Source: Verrucomicrobiaceae bacterium
GTDB lineage: Bacteria > Verrucomicrobiota > Verrucomicrobiia > Verrucomicrobiales > Akkermansiaceae
Length of the DNA stretch: 64,000 nucleotides
Assembly (NCBI GenBank): GCA_051252135.1
Contig: JBPOGH010000010.1
Location: 64,001-128,000, forward strand
Direction of reading: 5' to 3'
Shown in pieces: positions 1 to 16,100 of this stretch (within the stretch, counting starts at the first letter, position 1; every line of letters begins with the position of its first letter). The notes beneath the pieces are model-generated. The model made no database searches. It saw only the letters and a list, made by a program, of their open reading frames with translations, and was not told where the DNA came from. A program made the position numbers and the translations under genes.

Positions 1-2883
<2,883 letters not shown>

Positions 2884-2929
2884 TCAACACAAACCCCAAC
2901 CCAACCACTAGAACCTAGTAATTAATATC

Positions 2930-5900
2930 ATGAGTGTTGAAACCAATCTTCGCGAACTCTACGGAGTGGACTCCAAGCCAGAGCCCTTCGATCAAGTCTC
3001 GATCACGGTAGCCAATCCTGAAACCATCCGAGGATGGTCCATGGGTGAGGTGCAGAACCCGGAAACCATCAACTACCGGACGTTCAAGCCGGAAAAAGGC
3101 GGTCTTTTCTGCGAGCGCATCTTCGGTCCGACCCGTGACTGGGAGTGTGCCTGCGGAAAGTACAAGCGTATCAAGCACAAGGGCGTGACCTGCGACCGTT
3201 GTGGCGTTGAAGTGACTCTTTCCCGCGTCCGTCGCGAGCGCATGGGTCACATTGAGCTCGCAGTCCCTGTGAGCCACATCTGGTTCTACAAGTGTATGCC
3301 TTCCCGGATCGGTCTCGTCCTCGACATGACCGCCCGTGAACTTGAGCGTGTCATTTACTACGAGGACTACCTTGTGACCGATCCCGGCAAGACTCCTCTT
3401 GAGCGCGGCCAACTCCTCACCGAAACCGAACTTCGCGATGCGGAGGAGGATCATGGTGAAGAAGCCTTCCGCGCGGGTATGGGTGCCGACGCGATCCGCG
3501 ATCTCCTCTCCCAGGTAAACCTTGAGGAGCTTTTGGTTGAGCTCGAGGAGGCCATGGAGGCAACCCGCTCGAAGCAGAACCGTAAGAAGCTTGCCAAGCG
3601 ACTCAAGTTGGCACGTGGCTTCCTGCAGTCCAACAGCCGTCCCGAGTGGATGATCATGACCATTCTTCCGGTCATTCCTCCCGATCTCAGGCCACTCGTG
3701 CCTCTTGAAGGTGGACGTTTCGCGACTTCCGATCTGAACGACCTCTATCGTCGTGTGATCAACCGGAACAACCGTCTCCGCAACTTGATGCAGTTGAAGA
3801 CTCCCGAAGTCATCATCCGCAACGAGAAGCGTATGCTTCAGGAGGCTGTTGACGCCCTATTCGACAACGGTCGTCACGGCCGTGCCGTTACGGGAGCTGG
3901 AAACCGTGCTCTCAAGTCACTCTCTGATATGCTCAAGGGTAAAGGTGGACGTTTCCGCCAGAACCTTCTTGGTAAGCGGGTTGATTACTCCGGTCGTTCC
4001 GTGATCGTGATTGGACCTGAGCTCAAGCTGAGCCAGTGCGGTCTTCCGAAGAAGATGGCGCTGACCTTGTTCGAGCCATTCATCATTCGTCGACTCAAGG
4101 AGCTTGGCTATTGTCACACGGTGCGATCAGCCAAGAAGATGATTGACCGCAAGACTCCCGAGGTCTGGGATATTCTCGCAGAAGTGACCAAAGGGCACCC
4201 GGTGATGCTGAACCGCGCACCGACCCTTCACCGTCTTTCGATCCAGGCATTTGAGCCGGTTCTCATTGAGGGTTCCGCAATTCGTCTGCACCCGCTTACC
4301 TGCGGAGCATACAATGCGGACTTCGACGGTGACCAGATGGCGGTGCACGTTCCACTTTCGGTGGAGGCACAGATGGAGGCACGTCAGCTGATGCTGGCGA
4401 CGAATAACATCTTCTCGCCTGCTTCCGGTCGTCCGGTGATCACTCCTTCCCAGGATATTATTCTGGGAACCTACTACCTCACTTGGGCGCGCATCCGTTC
4501 GGCCAAGGAGCGTGAAGAGGAGACTCATCTGCCACTCTTTGAAAACACCACCGAGGTGGAGTTCGCGATTGCCAACCGCAAGGTCGAGTATCACGAGCCA
4601 ATTCGTCTTCGTAACCCTGACTACCAGCGCGACACCGTGTTTGGTGACAAGGAGAAGAAGGTAATTGAAACCACTCCTGGACGTGTCCGCTTCAACGAAA
4701 TCTGGCCTGCAGGGGTCGGCTTTGTGAACCACAATGTGGGCAAGGGACAGATTGGTGACATCATTTGGCGTTGCTATCAGGTTGCCGGTGGTAAGCAGAC
4801 GGTTATCACGATGGATAATCTGAAGGAGCTTGGCTTCAAAGAGGCTACCCGTTCCGGTTGCTCCATTGGAATCGTCGACATGGTGATTCCTGAAGAGAAG
4901 GGCGATGAGCTCAAGAAGGCTTACGCCGAGATCGACGTGGTTTCGAAACACTACCGTAATGGTGTCATCACTGATGGTGAGCGTTACCAAAAGGTGGTCG
5001 ATGTCTGGACCCGTGCGTCTGACAACATCGCGAACGCCCTCTATCGGAAGCTTGAGTATAACGAAGGCTCCAAGAAGGCGAACCCGCTCTTCATGATGGT
5101 TGACTCCGGTGCCCGGGGTAACAAGAACCAGATCAAGCAGCTTTCCGGAATGCGCGGCCTGATGGCCAAGCCCTCCGGTGAGATTATCGAACGTCCGATT
5201 ACCTCGAACTTCCGCGAAGGACTCTCTGTGCTGGAATACTTCATTTCCACCCACGGAGCCCGTAAGGGACTGGCCGATACCGCGCTTAAGACCGCTGACT
5301 CCGGATACATGACCCGTAAGTTGGTTGATGTGTCCCAGGATGTGATCATTACCGAGCCGGATTGTGGCACGAACAAAGGAATTACCGTTCAAACCATCTA
5401 TTCCGGTGATGAGGAGGCTGCTTCTCTCGCAACCCGCATCTACGGTCGGGTGTCTTGTGAGAAGATCGTCGATCCTGTCACTGAGGCGATTATCGTTAAG
5501 AAAGGACAGCTAATTGATGAGACCACTTCCCTGAAGATCGAGAACGTCGGTCACGAGCGTCTCAAGATTCGTTCTCCGCTTACGTGTGAGTCCGAGCGTG
5601 GTTGCTGCCAAAGCTGCTACGGCTTGAACCTTGCGACCGGCAAGGTCGGCAAGATCGGTGAGGCAGTCGGTATCATTGCAGCGCAGTCGATTGGTGAGCC
5701 GGGAACCCAGCTTACGATGCGGACGTTCCACTCGGGTGGTGTGGCTTTCGGTGCTTCCAAGCAGCCAGAGGTCAAAACCAAGAACAAGGGTGTCGTCTTC
5801 TACAAAGATCTCCGCACGGTTGAGGATGTTGATGGAAACTGGGTTGTTCTGAATAAGAACGGTTCGATCAGCATCCGTGACAAGGATGGTCTTGAGCTTG

Positions 5901-7078
5901 AGTCCTACAACGTCGTGATTGGCTCCGTGATTTCGGTGGCCGATGGCGGTGAGATCAAGAAGGGAGCTCAAATCCTGACATGGGACCCTCACTCAGTCCC
6001 CATTATTGCCGAAAAAGGCGGTAAGGTGGAGTTCCGCGACATGATCGTGGGTATTACCATTCAGTCCGAGACTGATAAGCAAACCGGTAAGAAGGGTTTG
6101 ACTGTCACGGAGCACAAGGAAGACCTTCACCCGCAGGTGGTCATTGTGAATCCCAAGGATTCCAAGGACATCCTCGCAAGCTACTCCATTCCGGTAGGCG
6201 CTCACCTTTCTGTTAAAGAAGGTGCGAAGATCGCCGGTGGAACACAACTTGCGCGGACGCCACGTAAGGTTGCCAAGACCGGAGATATTACCGGTGGTCT
6301 TCCCCGGGTGGCCGAGCTTTTCGAAGCCCGTCGTCCGAAGGATGCTTGTGTGATCGCGAAGATCGATGGAGAACTCACCTTCGGTGGCACGGTGCGCGGC
6401 AAGCGTAAGGTGATCATTACCGATCCCGAGACTCTGGAAAGCGTAGACCACCTTGTCCCAATGGGTAAGCATATGACCGTCGGAGAAGGTGACAGCGTGC
6501 GTCGCGGTGACCAACTCACCGAAGGACCTGTTGCTCCCGAAGATCTTCTTGAGGCATGCGGATCGCAGGCTCTTCAAGAGCACCTGACGAACGAGGTTCA
6601 AACCGTTTATCGTTCACAGGGTGTGGAAATCAACGACAAGCACATCGAGATCATTATTCGTCAGATGCTGCGTAAGGTGAAGATTTCCGAGCCCGGTGAC
6701 ACCGAGTTCCTCTGGGGTGACCAGATCGAGAAAACGACCTTCAACCTGGAGAATAAGAGAATCGTTGCGCAGGGTGGTAAGCCCGCGGAAGGAGAGCCTG
6801 TTCTTCTTGGTATCACCAAGGCGTCGATCGAGACCGAATCCTTCATCTCGGCCGCATCCTTCCAGGACACCACCCGTGTTCTTACCGATGCAGCTACCCT
6901 TGGAAAAGTGGACACCCTCCGCGGCTTCAAAGAGAACGTTATTATGGGTCACCTCATTCCAGCCGGAACCGGCTTCCCGACTCACAAGAATTCGGACTTC
7001 GACATCACTGTCGAGGAACCCGAGCCTGTGGTTGAAGAGACCGAGGAAGGTGATGAGAGCGCGGAAGTGACCGCGTAA
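2930..7078 (+). CDS. rpoC: DNA-directed RNA polymerase subunit beta'
   Basis: NADFDGD catalytic motif, N-terminal Zn finger, [13 protein letters not shown]. Follows rpoB. Confidence 0.99.
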   Translation: MSVETNLRELYGVDSKPEPFDQVSITVANPETIRGWSMGEVQNPETINYRTFKPEKGGLFCERIFGPTRDWECACGKYKRIKHKGVTCDRCGVEVTLSRVRRERMGHIELAVPVSHIWFYKCMPSRIGLVLDMTARELERVIYYEDYLVTDPGKTPLERGQLLTETELRDAEEDHGEEAFRAGMGADAIRDLLSQVNLEELLVELEEAMEATRSKQNRKKLAKRLKLARGFLQSNSRPEWMIMTILPVIPPDLRPLVPLEGGRFATSDLNDLYRRVINRNNRLRNLMQLKTPEVIIRNEKRMLQEAVDALFDNGRHGRAVTGAGNRALKSLSDMLKGKGGRFRQNLLGKRVDYSGRSVIVIGPELKLSQCGLPKKMALTLFEPFIIRRLKELGYCHTVRSAKKMIDRKTPEVWDILAEVTKGHPVMLNRAPTLHRLSIQAFEPVLIEGSAIRLHPLTCGAYNADFDGDQMAVHVPLSVEAQMEARQLMLATNNIFSPASGRPVITPSQDIILGTYYLTWARIRSAKEREEETHLPLFENTTEVEFAIANRKVEYHEPIRLRNPDYQRDTVFGDKEKKVIETTPGRVRFNEIWPAGVGFVNHNVGKGQIGDIIWRCYQVAGGKQTVITMDNLKELGFKEATRSGCSIGIVDMVIPEEKGDELKKAYAEIDVVSKHYRNGVITDGERYQKVVDVWTRASDNIANALYRKLEYNEGSKKANPLFMMVDSGARGNKNQIKQLSGMRGLMAKPSGEIIERPITSNFREGLSVLEYFISTHGARKGLADTALKTADSGYMTRKLVDVSQDVIITEPDCGTNKGITVQTIYSGDEEAASLATRIYGRVSCEKIVDPVTEAIIVKKGQLIDETTSLKIENVGHERLKIRSPLTCESERGCCQSCYGLNLATGKVGKIGEAVGIIAAQSIGEPGTQLTMRTFHSGGVAFGASKQPEVKTKNKGVVFYKDLRTVEDVDGNWVVLNKNGSISIRDKDGLELESYNVVIGSVISVADGGEIKKGAQILTWDPHSVPIIAEKGGKVEFRDMIVGITIQSETDKQTGKKGLTVTEHKEDLHPQVVIVNPKDSKDILASYSIPVGAHLSVKEGAKIAGGTQLARTPRKVAKTGDITGGLPRVAELFEARRPKDACVIAKIDGELTFGGTVRGKRKVIITDPETLESVDHLVPMGKHMTVGEGDSVRRGDQLTEGPVAPEDLLEACGSQALQEHLTNEVQTVYRSQGVEINDKHIEIIIRQMLRKVKISEPGDTEFLWGDQIEKTTFNLENKRIVAQGGKPAEGEPVLLGITKASIETESFISAASFQDTTRVLTDAATLGKVDTLRGFKENVIMGHLIPAGTGFPTHKNSDFDITVEEPEPVVEETEEGDESAEVTA

Positions 7079-7095
7079 GCGATTCAATATTCTTC

Positions 7096-7131
7096 AAAGC
7101 CCCGGTGAGCGAATGCTGCCGGGGCTTTTTT
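7096..7131 (+). terminator. Rho-independent terminator of rpoBC
   Basis: AAAGCCCCGG...CCGGGGCTTT stem followed by a T run, 18 nt after the rpoC stop. Confidence 0.9.
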
Positions 7132-7214
7132 GAGGCCGTTGTGCCGAGGTCGGTGATCAAGTGGCAGAGACCGGCATTCGGTTCTTCTCGCTTTTTCGGG
7201 CGGGATGAAGAGAT

Positions 7215-8084
7215 TTGTCATCTGTGTTCAGGGATCATTTGAAACTTCAGGCAGTGGTGATCCTTTGGGGATTTACGGCGGTTCTGGGGGCGCTGATTGA
7301 GATGCCGGCGAGTGAGATCGTGGTCTTCCGGACAGGAATTGCAGCGATGGTGTTGGCGGTGATGATGAGGAGTGCCTTGAGGGTGCCGCGTCGGGACGGA
7401 GTGTTGTATTTTTTGACCGGCCTAATCATCGGCGCTCACTGGGTGACTTTCTTTCTGGCGGTGAAGGTAGCGAATGTCTCGGTTTGCATGGTGGGTCTGG
7501 CGACGCTGTCGCTGTGGACAGCCCTTCTGGAGCCATTAATGGTGAGGGAAAGGAAGCTGAGGCCGGTTGATGTGATCTTTGGCCTGGTGATGCTGGGCGG
7601 GGTTTCGCTGATATTTCGTGGCGACTTCGAATATGGGACCGGATTACTGATCGCTCTCCTGTCGGCCTTGTTTGCGGCGATTTTCTCGATCATCAACAGC
7701 TATCACGTTCACAAGACGGGTCATTATGTGATCACCTTTTATGAGATGGTGGGAGCGGGGGTTTTTGCGGCGGGGTGTTTGCCCTTTTTGCAGAGAGACT
7801 TTGATTTGAGTCCTTCGGGGATGGATTGGTTTTATCTCTTGCTGTTGGGCGGGGTGTGCACGGTGATCGCCTTTTCCCAGTATGTGGGGCTACTCAAGAG
7901 GTTGAGTGTTTTTACGATCAACTTTGCGAACAACCTGGAGCCGGTTTATGGCATCCTGCTCGCGGCGTGGATTTTGAAAGACTATGAGCATTTGGGATCG
8001 GGCTTTTATGCGGGGGCCTCGGTGATTATTGGTGCGGTGCTGGTTTATCCGTTGGTGAGGCGATGGTTGAAGAGGAGGGGATAA
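7215..8084 (+). CDS. DMT/EamA family transporter
   Basis: 289 aa, about 10 hydrophobic segments in two repeats, NNLEPVYGILLA motif. Confidence 0.9.
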   Translation: MSSVFRDHLKLQAVVILWGFTAVLGALIEMPASEIVVFRTGIAAMVLAVMMRSALRVPRRDGVLYFLTGLIIGAHWVTFFLAVKVANVSVCMVGLATLSLWTALLEPLMVRERKLRPVDVIFGLVMLGGVSLIFRGDFEYGTGLLIALLSALFAAIFSIINSYHVHKTGHYVITFYEMVGAGVFAAGCLPFLQRDFDLSPSGMDWFYLLLLGGVCTVIAFSQYVGLLKRLSVFTINFANNLEPVYGILLAAWILKDYEHLGSGFYAGASVIIGAVLVYPLVRRWLKRRG

Positions 8085-8117
8085 AAAAATCCCTCTCCGC
8101 ATGGTGCAGAGAGGGAT
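8083..8117 (-). terminator. Terminator between the convergent DMT and PEP-CTERM genes
   Basis: ATCCCTCTC...GAGAGGGAT stem with a flanking A run (T run on the minus strand). Confidence 0.8.
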
Positions 8118-8142
8118 GGGTCGAAGCTGATGTGTTTAGGTT

Positions 8143-8739
8143 CTAGCGACGGCGACTCAGAAGACCCAGCAGTGCGAGTGAACCGAAGAGGGCTGAAGTG
8201 GGTTCGGGAACCGCGTTGAAGCTGACCGAGCGGAGCCCGGCTTGATTTCCTTCTCCCTTTGTCGGGTCGATGAGACCTGCGATACTGGAGAATTCGATGG
8301 TGCCATTGTGATCGTCGACTTTCACGAGATCGAATTCTTCTCCTAGCCCAACCCCTACGAAGTCAAAATCGATATCGACTGGAGTTGATCCTTTAAACGA
8401 CATGCTCACTTTCGTTTGGTGACTGAACGCAAGGGCGTTGATCGGGTCCGGTGACTGGTTGGTGAATTCCTGAGTGACGGTGGCGTGGTAGTTCTCGACC
8501 GAAACTTTGGGACCGAGGTCGTTGCTAAACTCGACCTGGAATTCAATGTCACCATAGCCGGGAACATTGACGATGATAGGAGTGATTGTAGCCGGTGGAA
8601 CGGGAGATCCCGGCGGCGCGAGTCCGGGCCCAATGTATCTCGTGGTGGCACCGAGGTGCTGCGAGAAATCCACCGTGAAGGCGGATGCCGTAGTGATGCC
8701 TCCGCAAATCAACGCGGTCAGCAGGATGAGGGTTTTCAT
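8143..8739 (-). CDS. PEP-CTERM sorting domain-containing exported protein
   Basis: Signal peptide MKTLILLTALICGGITTASA. C-terminal VPEP + hydrophobic stretch + RRR. Confidence 0.93.
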   Translation of the reverse strand: MKTLILLTALICGGITTASAFTVDFSQHLGATTRYIGPGLAPPGSPVPPATITPIIVNVPGYGDIEFQVEFSNDLGPKVSVENYHATVTQEFTNQSPDPINALAFSHQTKVSMSFKGSTPVDIDFDFVGVGLGEEFDLVKVDDHNGTIEFSSIAGLIDPTKGEGNQAGLRSVSFNAVPEPTSALFGSLALLGLLSRRR

Positions 8740-8844
8740 GTAAGGGTGACTAATAGGATGACCTAGTTATTCACAATTCTGCAATAAATTATTGATTCGG
8801 ATTCAGTGATGATTTGGACTGATTAATAATCAATTGATGGACAC

Positions 8845-8874
8845 AAAAAAGCCGGACGGTTTCCCGTCCGGCTT
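8845..8874 (-). terminator. Terminator of the dnaK-groES-groEL operon
   Basis: AAGCCGGACGG/CCGTCCGGCTT stem plus T6 on the minus strand, just after the groEL stop. Confidence 0.9.
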
Positions 8875-8892
8875 GAGAGTTTTTGGGATGGA

Positions 8893-10542
<1,650 letters not shown>

Positions 10543-10563
10543 TTAGATTTAAAGTTTTGGGAT

Positions 10564-10857
10564 TTAGTCGGTGAGGACACCGAGGATATCGGATTGGGAG
10601 AGGATCAGTTGGTCTTCTCCGTTCACTTTGACATCGGTGCCGCCGTACTTGGAGATGAGGACTTTATCGCCGACCTTGACGTCGAACACGATGTCCTTGC
10701 CGTTGTCGTCGGTTCCACCGGTGCCGAGTGCGGTGACTTCAGCTTCCTGTGGTTTTTCCTGTGCAGAGTCAGGAAGGACGATGCCTCCTGCGCTGACTGC
10801 TTCTGCTTCGAGACGCTTCACGAGGACGCGATTTCCGAGTGGTTTGATATTAGCCAT
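10564..10857 (-). CDS. groES: Co-chaperonin GroES
   Basis: IKPLGNRVLVK, GGIVLPDSAQEKP; 97 aa, upstream of groEL. Confidence 0.99.
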   Translation of the reverse strand: MANIKPLGNRVLVKRLEAEAVSAGGIVLPDSAQEKPQEAEVTALGTGGTDDNGKDIVFDVKVGDKVLISKYGGTDVKVNGEDQLILSQSDILGVLTD

Positions 10858-10888
10858 GTTATTTGGTTTTTAGTTTGTTTTGAGAAAG

Positions 10889-10920
10889 TCCCGCAGGCGA
10901 CCCGGGAGCCGCCTGCGGGA
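10889..10920. other. Strong intergenic hairpin between dnaK and groES (attenuator or mRNA-stability element)
   Basis: Perfect 11-bp inverted repeat TCCCGCAGGCG / CGCCTGCGGGA with only a weak U tail. Confidence 0.6.
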
Positions 10921-10937
10921 AAGAGTTAGAGTTTTGA

Positions 10938-12869
10938 TTACTTGTCGGCGTCGACGACTTCGGCATCGACGACCTTGCCTTTGGCCTGGCGTGGTTCGCC
11001 ATCGTTGTCATCGGCAGGTTCTGCTTCGGGAGCGGCACCGCCCATGTCGGGCATTTGTGCTCCGGCGGCTTGTGCTGCCTGGGCCAGTTCGCCGAGGGAT
11101 TTTTCGAGGTCCTCGGTGGTGGACTTGATGAGGTCGAGGTCATCGGCCTTGAGGGCGCCTTTGACGGCGTCCAGCTTACCGGTGAGCATGTCCTTCAGCT
11201 CGGCCGGAGCTTCTTCAGGGAGTTCCCCGAGTTGCTTCTCGACCTGGTAGACGACGTTCTCGGCCTTGTTCTTGATGTCGACGGCTTCGGCGCGTTTTTT
11301 GTCTTCCTCGGCGTGAGCTTCGGCTTCGCGCTTGGCTTTTTCGATCTCTTCCTCTGAGAGTCCGCTGGACCCTTCGATTGAGATTTTCTGTTCCTTGCCG
11401 GAGTTCTTGTCCTTGGCGGAGACGTGGAGGATACCGTTGGCGTCGATGTCGAAGGTCACTTCGATCTGGGGCATGCCGCGTGGAGCGGGGTCGATGCCGG
11501 AGAGCTGGAAGTTACCGAGGAGCTTGTTGTCCGCGAAGAGCGGACGCTCACCCTGACAGATGCGGATGTCGACGGCAGGCTGGTTGTCTGCGGCGGTCGA
11601 GAAGACCTGGGACTTCTTGACGGGGACGGTGGTGTTCCGCTCGATCATGGCGGTGGCGCGTGATCCCTCGGTCTCGATGGAGAGGGTGAGGGGGGTGACG
11701 TCGAGAAGGAGGACATCCTTCACGTCTCCCTGGAGCACGCCGCCCTGGATGGCGGCACCGATGGCGACCACCTCGTCCGGGTTGACGCCCTGGTGAGGGG
11801 TCTTGCCGGCGAGTTCCTTGGCGGTCTCGACCACCTTGGGCATGCGGGTCATGCCGCCGACGAGAACGAGTTCGTCGATTTCACCTGAGCTAACGTCGGC
11901 CTCGCGGAGGCAGTCGGTGACAGGCTTCTTGGTGCGCTGGAAGAGGTGATCGGTGAGCTGCTCGAGCTTGGCCCGGGTGAGGCTGAGCTGGATGTGCTTG
12001 GGACCGGTGGCATCAGCGGTGATGAAAGGAAGGTTGAGGTCGTAGTTCTGCGACGAGGAGAGGGCGATTTTGGCCTTCTCTGCTTCCTCCTTGATCCGCT
12101 GGATGGCGTCGGGCTGTCCGGAGAGGTCGATGCTCTCGGTCTTTTTGAACTCGGAGACGATGTGGTCGATGAGAGCGTTGTCCCAATCGTCACCACCGAG
12201 CTGGGTGTCGCCGTCGGTTGCGAGGACTTCGAAGACGCCGTCGGAGATTTCCAGGACGGAGATGTCGAAGGTTCCACCACCGAGGTCATAGATGGCGACC
12301 TTTTGATCGGTCTTGGAGTCGAGGCCGTAGGCAAGTGATGCTGCGGTGGGCTCGTTGATGATGCGGCGGACCTTGAGTCCTGCGATCTCACCGGCGGCCT
12401 TGGTGGCGTTACGCTGGGAGTCGTTGAAGTAAGCGGGGACGGTGATCACGGCTTCGGTGATCGTTTCGCCAAGCTTGGCTTCGGCATCGGCCTTGAGTTT
12501 GCCGAGAATGATGGCGGCGATCTCCTGAGGGGAGAACACTTTCTTTTCGCCGTCGATTTCGACTTCGATGTGGGCGTCGCCATTGCTGGCTTCCACGATG
12601 GTGTAGGGGACACGCTTGTCCTCGGGGGTGAGTTCGGAGAACTTACGACCGATGAGGCGCTTGGCGGAGAAGACGGTATTCTTCGCGTTGGTGACGGCCT
12701 GGCGTTTTGCGGCCTGACCGACGAGGCGTTCGCCGTTTTTCGCGAATGCGACCACTGATGGAGTGGTGCGTGCGCCTTCCGAGTTTTCAAGAACTGTTGG
12801 CTCGCCGGCGTCCATGACGGACATGCAGGAGTTGGTGGTTCCGAGATCGATTCCTAAGATTTTACCCAT
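10938..12869 (-). CDS. dnaK: Chaperone DnaK
   Basis: [33 protein letters not shown]. Confidence 0.99.
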   Translation of the reverse strand: MGKILGIDLGTTNSCMSVMDAGEPTVLENSEGARTTPSVVAFAKNGERLVGQAAKRQAVTNAKNTVFSAKRLIGRKFSELTPEDKRVPYTIVEASNGDAHIEVEIDGEKKVFSPQEIAAIILGKLKADAEAKLGETITEAVITVPAYFNDSQRNATKAAGEIAGLKVRRIINEPTAASLAYGLDSKTDQKVAIYDLGGGTFDISVLEISDGVFEVLATDGDTQLGGDDWDNALIDHIVSEFKKTESIDLSGQPDAIQRIKEEAEKAKIALSSSQNYDLNLPFITADATGPKHIQLSLTRAKLEQLTDHLFQRTKKPVTDCLREADVSSGEIDELVLVGGMTRMPKVVETAKELAGKTPHQGVNPDEVVAIGAAIQGGVLQGDVKDVLLLDVTPLTLSIETEGSRATAMIERNTTVPVKKSQVFSTAADNQPAVDIRICQGERPLFADNKLLGNFQLSGIDPAPRGMPQIEVTFDIDANGILHVSAKDKNSGKEQKISIEGSSGLSEEEIEKAKREAEAHAEEDKKRAEAVDIKNKAENVVYQVEKQLGELPEEAPAELKDMLTGKLDAVKGALKADDLDLIKSTTEDLEKSLGELAQAAQAAGAQMPDMGGAAPEAEPADDNDGEPRQAKGKVVDAEVVDADK

Positions 12870-12919
12870 GATATTAGTCTTTCTGTGTGGAGGTTGGTAA
12901 TTTAATTACCCTACTCTTG

Positions 12920-12935
12920 GCAGGTGGTGTGCCAG
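12920..12935 (-). promoter_or_regulatory. Putative sigma-54 (-24/-12) promoter of dnaK-groES-groEL
   Basis: Minus strand reads CTGGCAC-ACCAC-CTGC, i.e. GG-N10-GC, about 50 nt upstream of the dnaK ATG. Confidence 0.6.
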
Positions 12936-13065
12936 AAGTGGGAAAGCCTTTCACTATGGGGGTTACAGCCGGGTGGATTTGTTAGGGTGTGACGGGTTGT
13001 CGCGCATTAAGGGAGTCGTTCGTGACGCGGTGCGACGATTTGACTCTCATGGTCCAGAGGAGGTG

Positions 13066-13098
13066 AAAAAATGCGCCGCTGTGTTCAGGGGCGCATTT
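13066..13098 (-). terminator. Terminator of the PVC-type heme-binding protein gene
   Basis: AAATGCGCC...GGCGCATTT stem, T run on the minus strand. Confidence 0.75.
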
Positions 13099-13124
13099 GA
13101 AATGGTGGAGTCTGGAAGGAGGGA

Positions 13125-16100
13125 TTACTTCTTGGGGAAGGGGTGCTCTTTGAGGAGTTCTGCGGGGGCGTAGAATTGGGTGCGGCCTTTGGTTTCCCGG
13201 CGGATGCGTTTGACCGTTTCCGGGGTGACGGGATCGGCGGCGTTGCCCCAGCAGTTGCGGACGTAGGTGAGGACGCCGGCGACTTGTTTGTCGTTATACA
13301 TGGCGCCGACGGCGGTCATGGGGACTTGGCCGGCATATTTCACTCCGTTGACCTCGATGGGGCCCATGAGTCCGTGAAGGACGAGCTTGGTGAGGCGGTC
13401 CTCGCTGCCGGTGACCCAGTCGCTGGAGGCGATGGGTGGGTAGATGTCCTTGATGCCTTTGCCGTCTTTTTGGTGGCAGGTTTCGCAGGATCCTTCTTTG
13501 TGGAAGATGGTGCGTCCGAGCTCAAAACTGGCCTGGAAGGTGCGATCGTTGTGCCACTTTTTCTTTTGTGAGCGCGTGATGTAGTCGGTCTCGGCGTCGG
13601 CGGCCTTGAGCTTTCCTTTGAGGAGGAGGTCGAGCTCGGCGATGCTGTTTTTATCAAACTCTCCGGAGGCGAGGAGGGCTTCGACCTCGGGTTTTTGGAG
13701 TTGCATGGCGGAGTTGAGGGAGTTGTTGATCCACTTGTCGTGCCCTTGGGCGGCGACGGTGAGGAGGATGTTGGCTCCGTCTTTTCCTCCGAGCCAGGAG
13801 GCTCCGTTGAGGGCTTCGATGCGGACGCGCGGGTCGGGATCGGCGGCTGCCTGGAGGAGGTAGGATTGCGGGCTCTCCAGAAGGTGGAGGGAGTGGCGGA
13901 CGACGCGGACGGCGGCGGCGCGGACGCGGCGGTCCTTGGCGGTGAGGCAGGCCTCGATGAGGTCGAGCGAGGGTTGGTGATGGCCCCAGGTGGTCCAGAG
14001 GGCTTCGAGGACGAGGCGTTCGTCGCTGGCGTTCTCCTTGGCGAAGGTGTGGGCGGCGGCGATGACCTCTTGAGCGTCGCGTCCGCGGAGTTCACGCTGG
14101 GAGCGCTTGCGGGCGTTGATCTCGGGGAGCTTGAGGTTTTCGAAGAGTTGTGTGATGGAGGCTCCGGCAATAACGGGAGGCGTCACGAGGGGGCGTGAGG
14201 GGTAGGTGATGCGGTAGATGCGGCCGTATTTTGAGGAGCGATTTGGGTCACGGGCGCTATGTTGCATGTGTCCGATGAGGGCGTTGTGCCAGTCGAGGAA
14301 GTAGAGTGAGCCGTCGGGGGCGAGTTCGAGGTCGGCAGGGCGGAAGTTTCCGTCGGTGGACTCGATGAGGTTTTGGCGGAAGGTGCCGTTGATCTCGGTG
14401 ATTTGGTCGTTTGTTTTGAATTGCTTGATGCCGAGGAAGCCGATGGTGTTGGCGTAGAGGTAGTCGCCCTGAACGTCATCGGGGAAGTGGCGGGAGTAGA
14501 GGAACTCGCTGCCGGAGGTGGGGCGGATTTTGTGCTCGTAGTTGAACTGGGCGACTTTGGGCATTTCTGCGGCGTGGGGCATTTTGATGCCGTATCCGCC
14601 CATCCACCAGTGTGCGCCGCCGGAGGCGTCGTTGAGGACATTTTGACCGTAGGGGTCATGGGCGACGCCCCAGGGGTTGGAGACGTCTGACTGGAAGACG
14701 CGCTCGAGTTTCCATGAGTAGGGATCCCAGCGCCAGGCTCCGCCATCGGCCATGCGTTGCGGGCCGTAGGGGGTTTCGACCTGGGAGTGGAGGAAGCGGC
14801 CTTCGCACATGAAGATACCGCCGCCGTTGTCGATATCGAAGGCGGAGATGGAGTGGTGGGAGTCGTGGGGGTCGAAGCCATCGACGAGGTATTCCTTGGA
14901 GTCGGCGCGGCCGTCACCATTGGTGTCTTTTAAAAGAGTGAGGTGGGGGGCTTCGGTGACGTAGACGCCCTGTGGGGTGAGTTCGAATCCGATGGGGATG
15001 CTGAGGCCGTCGGCCCAGACGGTTTCCTTGTCGGCGCGGCCGTCGCCATCGGTGTCCTCGTAGATGAGGAGCATGTCATTGGGGCGGGGGTCACCGGGGC
15101 GGTAGTGGGGGTAGCTGGGCATGGTGGCGACCCAGAGACGGCCTTCGTTGTCGAAGCGCATCTGCATGGGGTTCGCGAGATTGGGGAACATCTTTTCGGT
15201 GGCAAAGGTCTCGACTTTGTAGCCCTCGGGGAGAGTGAACTTTTTGAGGGCCTCCTGTTCTTCGAGGTAGTCGAGGGCGCCGTTTTTGACGCTGGGTTTG
15301 TAGTTGGTCTCGACGGGAGTGAGGGGGCGGGTTTTTGAGTCGTCGACCTCGAGAGTGGAGGATTCACCGCGGGCGATTGCCCAGATGTTTTGATCACGGA
15401 GAACGGTCATTTGGCGGATTTTTTCGATCTCCTCGGGGTAGTTGAAGTTACCGTAGGGGTTCCAGCGTTGTCCGTAGACGTGGACGCCGTTGGGGATGCG
15501 GTAGTCGTGTCGCCAGAACCAGTTCTTGTCGTTGACGGCCTTGACGAGGAGGGGGGAGGGTTGGGTGGAGGGGGCTTTTCCAAAGAGGGATTCGAAAATG
15601 ACGGGAGCGAGCTTGGCGTAGCCGGAATCCCCGAGGTGGACGCCATTGATGGTCTCGCCGGACCACTGGCTGCTGGGAGTGAAGAGGTCGATGAAGCCGA
15701 CTTTTTTGGAGGCGGCGACTTCTTTGACGGTGTTGGCGTAGAGGGCGAGGATGCGGTTGCGCTCGCTGGAGTCGGGGAGGGAGAATTGCTCGAGGTTTTC
15801 AGTGGCGATGGGGGTGGCGAGGACGAGCTTGGGCGGGGTCTTGGTGTTGTAGGAGCGGCTGAGGGTGTGGTCGACAAAGGCGGTGAGCTCGGCGCGGAAG
15901 TTCTCTATTCCGTCCGGGCCGTCGAAGGACTCGTTGAAACCGAAGAAGGCGACGATGGTGTCGGCTTCGAGGGCGCGGAGCCATTCGTCGGGCATGGGGT
16001 AGTGGCCCTTGCCGTGGTGCTTTTTGATTTCGGGGCGAAACTCTTTGGCACCGGGAAAGGCCCAGGGATTGGGCTGTCCGGCTTCGGGGCGGAAGGCGGG

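Noticed and set aside
12915..12940. CIRCE element upstream of dnaK
   Set aside because: The arms and spacing (TGGCA-N7-TGCCA) do not fit TTAGCACTC-N9-GAGTGCTAA.
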